This document shows positions 46,322 through 53,722 of a stretch of 53,722 nucleotides of DNA, piece by piece (positions within the stretch are counted from its first letter, which is position 1; each line of letters begins with the position of its first letter). The stretch is taken from the IMG/VR virus record IMGVR_UViG_3300033148_003280, positions 1-53,722 of that record; one strand, written 5' to 3'. The notes below the pieces were generated by a model that saw only the letters and a list, made by a program, of their open reading frames with translations, was not told the DNA's origin and searched no databases. Made by a program: the position numbers and the translations under genes. This stretch comes from a virus (lineage: Duplodnaviria > Caudoviricetes).

Positions 46322-46625
46322 CCCGTGCCTCCTTCACCGCAGCATCGGCGGCACGGAGCCAGCAGTCCGCGCAATCTGTTCCATTACATACCGTGGCATC
46401 GTAATGCCGCAAGGCAGGCTCAGGACAACAGTCAGTCCGCGCCGCTATCCATTCAGCCATGCGCTGCTTATGGTCGCGGTCGGCCATCATCCGCCTGAAC
46501 TCATCGGCATCCTTGAGCCAGAGTTTCTCGTTCTCGCGGTCATTGATACCACTACATACCCACATGCCCAAGATAAACCACATCGCGCTAAACCCAAGCG
46601 TTATCAATCCAAGATATTCCATCAC
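46314..46625 (-). CDS. Hypothetical TM plus Cys-rich protein
   Basis: N-terminal TM; CCP...C...C..CW. Confidence 0.6.
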   Translation of the reverse strand: MMEYLGLITLGFSAMWFILGMWVCSGINDRENEKLWLKDADEFRRMMADRDHKQRMAEWIAARTDCCPEPALRHYDATVCNGTDCADCWLRAADAAVKEARDA

Positions 46626-46948
46626 TTCTCCTCCTCAATATCAAACGCCTCATGCATAACATCCTTCGCTGTCTCAAGCGCATCAGTTGGTGAATGGAAC
46701 ATTTCTATCCACGGCTTCTCTTGGTAATGCTCAAATTCAGCAATCACCTTCCGCGCCGTGGCCTTGGCTTCGAGGCCGTCGAGGGCATTAAGGCAAAGCC
46801 GTATCCCTGAATCACTCGCCGCAACCCACATAACTTTCTTGAAACCATCTAACCGCAACATCAAAAACATATGTCCAGCTAAATCCCGTGGTATCAATGC
46901 ACCCCCAAACTCCTCTACCCGCTGCTTCAATCGTTCAATCTCTGTCAT
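46622..46948 (-). CDS. Hypothetical protein
   Basis: GAGGAG RBS; ATGA overlap. Confidence 0.6.
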   Translation of the reverse strand: MTEIERLKQRVEEFGGALIPRDLAGHMFLMLRLDGFKKVMWVAASDSGIRLCLNALDGLEAKATARKVIAEFEHYQEKPWIEMFHSPTDALETAKDVMHEAFDIEEEK

Positions 46949-47559
46949 TTCTCCTCCTCAAGAAACCTGATAACCTTCCCTTGCTTACGCGCATACGCCA
47001 ATTCCTTCCCTGTGGATTCACCGATGTAACCGCCGACGTTGAGGATTCGCACTTCGTCGGCAAGGTCAATTTTGCGTAGATGGAGTTCATCGAGTTGCTT
47101 AACCACATCGGGACCGAGGGCTTCCGCTCCATGTGCTCCGTCTTCGTCCGCATGTTTACATACGCCAACGGATAGAACAATTTTGCCTTCCAAAGTTAGA
47201 CGCCAGCCTTCATCGAAAAACGCTTCCATGAACCGAGTCGAACCACACAGGCAAACGATGGTTGGTCTATCGGCCCGCGGCTTCGCATCGTAGAATGCCA
47301 AGCACTTCAGCGTGTGCGCGATGCTCTCGTAATCATCGAAGTACGAATTGCATTGAGGGCAAACTTCCTCGCCGTCATATTCACGCACCATCCACACATC
47401 GCAGAATGGGCATTTGTGAACGTACTCGACATCGTGCCAAGTATCTTCACCCGGCCCTTGGTCTTCCCCGTCGCATTTCAGGCACCTGTCAAGCGGTGCG
47501 TCGCTGTCGTGCTCGAAGTCAGCGTCGCATATGTGGCAAGTGTATTTACGGTTCGTCAT
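46945..47559 (-). CDS. Zn ribbons fused to a nucleoside 2-deoxyribosyltransferase-like (DUF4406-like) domain
   Basis: IVCLCGSTRF...LTLEG.IVLS...LDELHLRKIDLADEV..LNVGGYIGEST..E..YA...GK. Confidence 0.7.
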   Translation of the reverse strand: MTNRKYTCHICDADFEHDSDAPLDRCLKCDGEDQGPGEDTWHDVEYVHKCPFCDVWMVREYDGEEVCPQCNSYFDDYESIAHTLKCLAFYDAKPRADRPTIVCLCGSTRFMEAFFDEGWRLTLEGKIVLSVGVCKHADEDGAHGAEALGPDVVKQLDELHLRKIDLADEVRILNVGGYIGESTGKELAYARKQGKVIRFLEEEK

Positions 47560-47568
47560 TAGTCCTCC

Positions 47569-47991
47569 TCAATAATGATGTTCTGCTAATAATTGGTTAT
47601 TGTTAATTTCGGCCCAAAATAATCCGACTTCCTCCCTAAAATTATACAGGTTAAACTCCTCATACTGCCCCTTGTTATGACCGAATAATTTTGATTGCCT
47701 GATCGCCGCCAAGATACATGCGGGACAGTTACCTGTCATCTCACGTAATTTATCTATTGCTGGAATCCAGAGGTCGCTTGTCGCGGGGTTACATGATTCA
47801 GCGTGTTGCTTCAAAACATTCGTGAGTACATTGATATCGACCTGTTCATCGCCCGATGCTTCGCAGTACCCGCATACACGGTTCGGATTTGCGGTGCATC
47901 CCCTTTCGTGCTTCTTGATATGGTACGCTGATCCCCCGGCCTTTTTGCAGTAGTCGCAGTAATATCTCCATCGTTTAATCTTTCTCATCAT
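47569..47991 (-). CDS. Zn-binding hypothetical protein
   Basis: YYCDYCKK.......HE..C..NPNR.C..C and CPACIL. Confidence 0.7.
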   Translation of the reverse strand: MMRKIKRWRYYCDYCKKAGGSAYHIKKHERGCTANPNRVCGYCEASGDEQVDINVLTNVLKQHAESCNPATSDLWIPAIDKLREMTGNCPACILAAIRQSKLFGHNKGQYEEFNLYNFREEVGLFWAEINNNQLLAEHHY

Positions 47992-47999
47992 TTACCTCC

Positions 48000-48698
48000 T
48001 CAGAAAAATTCGATGTCTTCACTGAGGTCAAGTTCGCATTCTTCGCCGCCGTCAACTCCCGGTGCTTCCTCATCCATACGCGGTTGTATAATCTGTGACG
48101 CAACTTCCGACAACGGTCGCATCGTTGAGTTGCCCGATTCACCACCACCATCGACACCCCGCAGTCCCGGCACTTCACTACCTTTTGGCCGTTCGGTTTT
48201 CGCATCGGCAAGCACCTTCCCTTGATTTATTATCATTGCGTAACGTTCGGCATCCGTCATCCGCAACAACCGGCCACCACATAACGGACACGGATTCTCA
48301 TAACACAATGGCTGTTCGATGACTTTCCCCATTATTGATTCACCCATGCACGGCCAATTTTCACAGTAGTATCCGATGCACTCAACTATTTCATCGCTCT
48401 GCTTCCTTCCGATGTGCCGAACTTGCCCAGCGTATTTATTCAAATTCTCAGGCTTTAAGAAGTTCTCGACCGACACAGCGAAGCCCTTGCTGTAGCAGGC
48501 TGATAAGTAGTAATTCCACATAGCGCTAAATTTTACATAGCTGTATTTAGCGGCCATGGCGCGAATTGTGGCCTCATCAGTTTTATTAGATGCAAGCGGT
48601 GAATTAAACTTTCGCTTAAAATCAGCCTTCATTGCTTCCCATATGTCAACAATTTCAGCCAATGACAAGATCATCTCCTGCTGATTTTCGGCTATCAT
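48000..48698 (-). CDS. Hypothetical replication-region protein
   Basis: Directly downstream of the initiator; CPLC motif and acidic C-terminus. Confidence 0.6.
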   Translation of the reverse strand: MIAENQQEMILSLAEIVDIWEAMKADFKRKFNSPLASNKTDEATIRAMAAKYSYVKFSAMWNYYLSACYSKGFAVSVENFLKPENLNKYAGQVRHIGRKQSDEIVECIGYYCENWPCMGESIMGKVIEQPLCYENPCPLCGGRLLRMTDAERYAMIINQGKVLADAKTERPKGSEVPGLRGVDGGGESGNSTMRPLSEVASQIIQPRMDEEAPGVDGGEECELDLSEDIEFF

Positions 48699-49509
48699 AT
48701 CCGGCCTTCATCTTCGTGAACTTCGATACACCATCACGCTTATTCCGTAGCGGTGCACACGAATGAAATTGAGCAGACCATCCCGGCCAATCGCCGTTAC
48801 CAGTATCGGCCTTTGCCCAACGGAGAACGGACTCGATGACATCCTGAGGGTGGCCGTCGATGCGGTGAAGACGTTCGAGGGCTTGAGCCTGCCTGTATGC
48901 TTCAGGATGAACATCTGGTGGGTCGCCGGGCTTATTAATTTTGATCTGTTTCATTCCCGGGAATAACTCTCTCAGTAATTTATAACACCAACCCGGTAAA
49001 ACGTCTGCGGATTTGTCGGTCTTATGTCCTGTCTTATGTATCCCCTTATCTTTAGCTTTAGACGATACAGATGCACTGTCATCTGCTTGTATAGGATATG
49101 ATATGTTAGGATTGGTTAGGATATGTTTCTTCTTAGACGGGCGATCCGATAACGGATTAGTCGATGCTTCAAACTTGCCATCCCGATTCGGAAGCCCTGC
49201 TTCGTTCTTCCATCGCATCGTTTGATAGTCATCCCATTTATTCCACTCGCAAATATCCTGATTGTCAATCGAGTAAATAGCTATTGACCCGTGGTCAATG
49301 AAATGCTTGACGGCGACGGCTATCTGTTCCTCGGTATGATTGAAGTCCTGCATCATTCGTTTGAGCTTCGCGGGGTTATTCGGGAAGCGGCCCCAGTCAT
49401 CGGACACGCATAGGAGCCTCCAAAACAGGGCTTGTGTTGCGTCATTAGCTTCAGCTAAAGTGTCGCTTGAGAGGGCGCAATGGTTGATGCTTGTGTAGTT
49501 ACGTGCCAT
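48655..49509 (-). CDS. Phage replication initiator-like protein
   Basis: ALFWRLLCVSDDWGRF...P..LK N-terminus; C-terminal L.RIDG....I..V..WA..D...W.....S...LR.K. Confidence 0.7.
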   Translation of the reverse strand: MARNYTSINHCALSSDTLAEANDATQALFWRLLCVSDDWGRFPNNPAKLKRMMQDFNHTEEQIAVAVKHFIDHGSIAIYSIDNQDICEWNKWDDYQTMRWKNEAGLPNRDGKFEASTNPLSDRPSKKKHILTNPNISYPIQADDSASVSSKAKDKGIHKTGHKTDKSADVLPGWCYKLLRELFPGMKQIKINKPGDPPDVHPEAYRQAQALERLHRIDGHPQDVIESVLRWAKADTGNGDWPGWSAQFHSCAPLRNKRDGVSKFTKMKAGYDSRKSAGDDLVIG

Positions 49510-49510
49510 G

Positions 49511-50050
49511 TTAATGACCACCATCGGGGTGTTTGATTTTATTCCAACAGATACCACAAAAATAGTTTACCGCGTTGCTGGAATCACCGTGTAATTTTCC
49601 GCATGCTTTTCTCATAGCGTCAACAACTTCATCCAGTGGTAACTTCTGGAGAAACAACCGGATAGATGTATTCCTAAATTTCTCTGTGAGTTCCCTCTCT
49701 GGGAATTGTTCCTCAAAAACCTTTGCCACGGCACGAATATCTTTTTTGATACGCCATTCAATCTTGTCGGTTAGCCTTCGATATTCTTGGATTTGTTCTT
49801 CGCGCTCTCGCAGAACCTCAAGATTTTCTGATAGTTGCCCCGGTGCTTTGTCTAACGGGATATCCCGCTTCCCCCGGTTGCAATCAAAGCAAGCAGTTAT
49901 CAAATTGTTGATATCATCCATCCCACCCTTAGATACGGGTTCGATGTGATCGACCTCTAATGTAACTGTTGGCGGTGATTTCCCGCAATAAGCACACTTG
50001 AACCCGTCGCGTTTGAAGACTTCAAATCTTAGCTTCTTCGATAATGACAT
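49511..50050 (-). CDS. HNH endonuclease-domain protein
   Basis: SKKLRFEVFKRDGFKCAYCG....LEVDHI.PVSKGG.DD..NL.TAC..CN.GK. Start reassigned to MSLSKK. Confidence 0.9.
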   Translation of the reverse strand: MSLSKKLRFEVFKRDGFKCAYCGKSPPTVTLEVDHIEPVSKGGMDDINNLITACFDCNRGKRDIPLDKAPGQLSENLEVLREREEQIQEYRRLTDKIEWRIKKDIRAVAKVFEEQFPERELTEKFRNTSIRLFLQKLPLDEVVDAMRKACGKLHGDSSNAVNYFCGICWNKIKHPDGGH

Positions 50051-50074
50051 TCTTTCCCGTCCTATATAGAAACG

Positions 50075-50113
50075 AAAACCCCGGCAACTTAGCATGGACA
50101 GCGGTTGCCGGGG
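50075..50113 (-). terminator. Leader terminator/attenuator hairpin
   Basis: CCCCGGCAAC-15 nt loop-GTTGCCGGGG followed by TTTT. Confidence 0.65.
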
Positions 50114-50162
50114 CATCGTATCTGAGACGTATTTTATTCTGCTGTCCATGCATACTTATCAC

Positions 50163-50191
50163 ATTTTACTTGATTTCCCCTTTGATGTCAA
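50163..50191 (-). promoter_or_regulatory. Sigma70-type promoter for the replication operon
   Basis: TTGACA-17 bp-TAAAAT. Confidence 0.8.
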
Positions 50192-50195
50192 CACC

Positions 50196-50396
50196 CTATT
50201 CAACCCCGGTATTCTTAACACCCAGCACCGCGTAAACGATCACCGCGAACAGCCCGAATACGACCCCCCACAGTATCGCCGCGCCGGTGTCGTACCCTTT
50301 GTTTTTCGCAAGGTGGTAGGTGATGGTAGGCCACAAGACCCAGAGTAAAATGATAAAACATAATTCCATATCAACACTTCCTTTGTTTATTTGCAT
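50196..50396 (-). CDS. Small two-TM membrane protein
   Basis: A..KG......W...FG...V hydrophobic hairpin; start probably at MELC. Confidence 0.6.
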   Translation of the reverse strand: MQINKGSVDMELCFIILLWVLWPTITYHLAKNKGYDTGAAILWGVVFGLFAVIVYAVLGVKNTGVE

Positions 50397-50818
50397 TTGT
50401 CAACGGTCGCTTCGTTTTTGTATATCGTCTTAATTGACACAAGCAACTTCTCATACTTCCCTTGTAATTTCATATGAGCGATTTGTAAATTCTTATATTT
50501 GACAAGTAAAACATCATACGGGATTGGTTCATCAAAAACAGGAATTTTATTGGATGCCGCTTTATAAGCAGCATCCCGGCATTTGTCATTGCAATATTTC
50601 TGCCGGGTAGAATTTTTCGGGTATTCCACTCCGCAATATTCACATATCCCGATGCCGAAATCTTTATCAAAAGTAACCGATGTATAGCCTTCCCTTCTTC
50701 GCCTTTCCTCTCTTATGGCTATATTGTCCTCAACATCGCAAGCCTCATGAAACCTTCTGGTATCATCCATAACGCCTTTCATGTTTGGGTCAGTATTACC
50801 TTTGCCTGGCATCGTCAT
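50387..50818 (-). CDS. Zn-finger protein
   Basis: CEYCG.......RQKYCNDKCR. Confidence 0.65.
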   Translation of the reverse strand: MTMPGKGNTDPNMKGVMDDTRRFHEACDVEDNIAIREERRRREGYTSVTFDKDFGIGICEYCGVEYPKNSTRQKYCNDKCRDAAYKAASNKIPVFDEPIPYDVLLVKYKNLQIAHMKLQGKYEKLLVSIKTIYKNEATVDKCK

Positions 50819-50955
50819 TGCATCCTTTCCATACCTTTCTCAACGGCCTTTTCTTCGGCTCCCGTTGCCACTTGTCGTACCGCTTGATTCGAGTCCACAT
50901 CATGCCGATCCGCGCGCGGGCGTCGGCAACGAAGCAGATGTTATTGATGTTGCGT

Positions 50956-52461
50956 TTACTCAAACATTATCTCCTGCCCCGCCTCGACTTCCTTCCGGGT
51001 GATGCCTTTGAACGCAGCTTCCACATCCGGGAGTCCGTCCTTGATGTATTGCGGGTTGAGTTCGATACCGATTGATGCGCGGCCCATGCGAGCGGCTACG
51101 GCTAAGGTAGTACCGATGCCGGCAAAAATATCCAAGACAATACACGGGCGGGTCGTAGGGTATCGGGCATCGCAGTCGCAGCCGGGACGGAAGCCGAGAG
51201 TTTTGGTAATATTCGATTCCCCCGTATTAAAAACAGACGTTTTACCATGTCGACCTCGTGCTAAATCTGCAGCTTTATTATCCCCATGATGTTGCGTAAC
51301 ACTTTTCTCCGTCACCCTTTCCCACGGCTTCCCACATTTCTTACAGCATCCCTTTTCGGATGTCCCGGCGGCGATACAGCGGCGTACTAATTCAGGGGGG
51401 AAGGTTGCGAAATGGGCGAGCGGGTTCGGATGCGTCGGGATCTTCCAGATGTCCTGCGGGTCGGTATTCTGTTCCCGGATGCCCATCTCGACAAGCTCAG
51501 TTGATGATACCCACACGTTACGGGCGTTGCGGCCTGAGGGGTTCACGAGAATATTACCATCGGAATCCTTGTACCCGCTGTGTCCTTTGAAGCCGGACCC
51601 GCCGCCACCATAATCTGAATCGGCGTGTTTGGTCTTTAAATTCTCAAGTGCCTTTCGGCATGAACGATTCCCAGTTTTAGGATCCTTCGGCCCCCCTGTC
51701 TGCGTGTCGAATGTGGACTGTGATAACCGTTCAATCGTAGCATCAGAATATCCTTCACGGATCGCATCGGCATCATAGAAATACCGCGCCGATTTAGTGA
51801 GCAGGAATATCAACTCGTAACTGGAAGTCGGGCGATCCCCGACCGACTCCGGCATCGGATTATTTTTGGACCAGCATATCTTAGACCGTACCCACCAACC
51901 ATCGGCCTGTAACGCAAGGGCGAGGCGGTAGTCCATCATAAGGCAGTCTTTGGGTTTGAGGCCATCGACCTGTTTATCTGCATTCTCATCCGTACCACGG
52001 GCCGCGTATTTGTAAGCCATTGGCCCGACCGATTTGTTATTACTTCCAGTATAAGCATCCCCGATGTTCAGCCATAGCGTTCCATCAGGTCTCAATACTC
52101 GGCGGACTTCCCGGAATACCTCGACTATTTTGTCGATCCAATCGTTTAGTGTGGACTCAAGGCCGATTTGTTTGTCGATACGGATAGCACCGCATTTTGG
52201 GCAAGTACTCGAGGCCTGATGCCCTGCGCTTCCTGTATTTGATTTCTGTTTATCTGAACAGGGCGTTTCAAAGCGGCCTATCTTATGGTCACACTCAGGA
52301 TCGCCGCCCTTCCATGTTGCCGTTTGATAGTCGCGAAGGCCCCAATAAGGTGGCGACGTAACACAACACTGTATGCAATCATCCGGGATGTCCGCGAGTC
52401 GTTCCAGGACATCGCCTTGTAACCATAACGGCTTAGTATTTACAGGCATCTCAATCATCAA
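50956..52461 (-). CDS. DNA N4/N6 methyltransferase (beta class) with large insertions
   Basis: CVTSPPYWGLRDY, RVLRPDGTLWLNIGD, HFATFP and VLDIFAGIGTT. Confidence 0.92.
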   Translation of the reverse strand: MMIEMPVNTKPLWLQGDVLERLADIPDDCIQCCVTSPPYWGLRDYQTATWKGGDPECDHKIGRFETPCSDKQKSNTGSAGHQASSTCPKCGAIRIDKQIGLESTLNDWIDKIVEVFREVRRVLRPDGTLWLNIGDAYTGSNNKSVGPMAYKYAARGTDENADKQVDGLKPKDCLMMDYRLALALQADGWWVRSKICWSKNNPMPESVGDRPTSSYELIFLLTKSARYFYDADAIREGYSDATIERLSQSTFDTQTGGPKDPKTGNRSCRKALENLKTKHADSDYGGGGSGFKGHSGYKDSDGNILVNPSGRNARNVWVSSTELVEMGIREQNTDPQDIWKIPTHPNPLAHFATFPPELVRRCIAAGTSEKGCCKKCGKPWERVTEKSVTQHHGDNKAADLARGRHGKTSVFNTGESNITKTLGFRPGCDCDARYPTTRPCIVLDIFAGIGTTLAVAARMGRASIGIELNPQYIKDGLPDVEAAFKGITRKEVEAGQEIMFE

Positions 52462-53518
52462 ACAAACTCAACTCCCCGGCGTGTTGCTTCGCACGTCTAC
52501 CTTTCGCCGCATCGTGCATCTTATTTTTACCCGGTACTCGACTCGCGTTTTTCCTGAAGTCCTCGGTGCGTCCATCGGGATCACTCTCGGGTCGGGGCCA
52601 ATAATAACCCTTGTTGCAACTCAGGATCGGCACACCGCGTTCACGCAACTCAGGGATGTAACCGGCCTTCGGGTTATGTCGGTCAGCCTTCAACAGGCTC
52701 GGCGTCAACCCGGCTGCCTTCGCAATGACGCGCATCGCCACAGCATTGCGCCAACCGACATGGCGGCGGCGGATGTAGGTGGCGATGAAGTTTAGTTTTT
52801 GTTCACGGTCACTCATTTGTGTTTCATCCATCAGTTTCGCTTCCTTGCTGATGCGCTCGACAGCTATATCAAAATATTTACGTTCAATTTCAATCCCGAT
52901 AAATTTGCGACCCAGCTTCAACGCCGCCACGCCCGTTGTGCCGCTGCCCATAAACGGGTCGAGGATGGTGTCCGATAGCAGACTAAACCGATTAACAACT
53001 ATCTCCATCATATTAATTGGTTTTGGACACGTATGTCGTTTTTCTTCTTCCTTGCGTTGGAAACCAACGCCTGCCCCGCCACTAATTCTGAAAGTGTCAG
53101 TCTTAGTAACTCCATTGATATTGCCAAATCCGTCAAGGTCTTTACCATAGCATAAAACAGGAGTCCATTGGTTATAACCATATTTACCGAATGAACCAGT
53201 GGTATCCCATGTAATGCAACAAACCCATTCTGGTTGTGGGTATAAGCCAATTTGGGTCGGGCCGCATAAGATATAAGAACGGCCTGTTAGTTTATTTATT
53301 GCTGGTATTATTTTTGATATTAGTGAAATGAGATTTTCGCGAGTATCAGAATAGCCTTCATACTTAAACCCAATCCCATACGGCGGGTCAGTCACCACGG
53401 CATCGACCTTATCCAACATCGGCAACACGTCCATGCAATTCGCATGATATAAAACTGCATCGCCGATGACGACCTTGTTAATATTACTTGGCATCATGTG
53501 TCCCGTGTATTGGTTCAA
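52451..53518 (-). CDS. DNA N6/N4 methyltransferase fused to a C-terminal wHTH-like domain
   Basis: VTDPPYG, HTCPKP and ILDPFMGSGTTGVAA, read in frame into MSDREQK...LRERGVPILS..KGYYW. True start probably ~53497. Confidence 0.85.
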   Translation of the reverse strand: MNQYTGHMMPSNINKVVIGDAVLYHANCMDVLPMLDKVDAVVTDPPYGIGFKYEGYSDTRENLISLISKIIPAINKLTGRSYILCGPTQIGLYPQPEWVCCITWDTTGSFGKYGYNQWTPVLCYGKDLDGFGNINGVTKTDTFRISGGAGVGFQRKEEEKRHTCPKPINMMEIVVNRFSLLSDTILDPFMGSGTTGVAALKLGRKFIGIEIERKYFDIAVERISKEAKLMDETQMSDREQKLNFIATYIRRRHVGWRNAVAMRVIAKAAGLTPSLLKADRHNPKAGYIPELRERGVPILSCNKGYYWPRPESDPDGRTEDFRKNASRVPGKNKMHDAAKGRRAKQHAGELSLFDD

Positions 53519-53722
53519 ACAAACTCAACTCCCCGGCATGTTGTTTCGCACGTCTGCCTTTCGCCGCATCGTGCATCTTGTTTTGGTTCGGTACTCGACT
53601 CGCGTTTTTCCTGAAGTCCTCGGTGCGTCCATCGGGATCACTTACAGGACGCGGCCAATAATAACCCTTGTTGCAACTCAGGATCGGCACACCGCGTTCA
53701 CGCAACTCAGGGATGTAACCGG
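52458..53722. repeat. 208-bp imperfect direct repeat (52458-52665 and 53515-53722)
   Basis: Hand alignment shows 13 mismatches and no indels; the second copy runs to the window edge. Confidence 0.95.
53484..53722 (-). CDS. wHTH-like protein, 5'-truncated; paralog of the C-terminal domain of 52451-53518
   Basis: LRERGVPILSCNKGYYWPRP is shared with the downstream fusion. Confidence 0.7.
   Translation of the reverse strand, partial: GYIPELRERGVPILSCNKGYYWPRPVSDPDGRTEDFRKNASRVPNQNKMHDAAKGRRAKQHAGELSLFEPIHGTHDAK

Noticed and set aside
7400-53200. Plus-strand ORFs in the track (e.g. 23020-23721, 33868-34377)
   Set aside because: They are antisense shadows of well-supported, tightly coupled minus-strand genes.
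49511-53518. Restriction-modification system (HNH plus MTases)
   Set aside because: The HNH has its own promoter and is coupled to the replication initiator. Orphan MTases are typical phage anti-restriction genes.
52458-53722. DGR template/variable repeat pair
   Set aside because: The 13 mismatches are not adenine-specific on either strand, and no reverse transcriptase is present.
1-53722. Integrase/att site, tRNA genes, introns or inteins, stop-codon recoding
   Set aside because: None recognised by eye. Long genes are intact under the standard code and end in all three stop codons. Lifestyle cannot be decided because both ends are truncated.

Overview
Almost the whole genome of a tailed dsDNA bacteriophage, nearly all on the minus strand and truncated inside genes at both ends. 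It has siphovirus-type morphogenesis: a Mu-like head module, a TP901-type tape measure and no tail sheath. From right to left it contains: DNA methyltransferases, an HNH protein and a replication initiator (48-53.7 kb); about 25 small early/middle genes (40-48 kb); a regulatory/sRNA region (39.5-40.1 kb); a ParB-MTase; terS/terL; a portal-MuF fusion; protease/scaffold; capsid; head-tail and tail genes (16-38 kb). Next is an ~8 kb cluster of five glycosyltransferase-like genes, two small-molecule methyltransferases and a kinase-methyltransferase fusion, sitting among the lysis genes (8.4-16.2 kb). After that come an amidase endolysin and a lipoprotein, a short plus-strand early operon behind a divergent promoter pair with an XRE regulator, a Bet/RecT recombinase and an SbcC/Rad50-like ATPase. 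No integrase, reverse transcriptase, CRISPR array or tRNA was recognised. The best candidate for a new system is the late-operon glycan synthesis-and-capping cluster, with a WbdD-like kinase/methyltransferase in reversed domain order and a sialyltransferase-like enzyme carrying a small N-terminal module shared with head-module proteins; this most plausibly builds a capped glycan on the virion. The second candidate is a pair of DNA methyltransferases with near-identical DNA at both ends but unrelated middles, suggesting specificity-domain swapping. All family calls come from reading motifs by eye; no database search was run.
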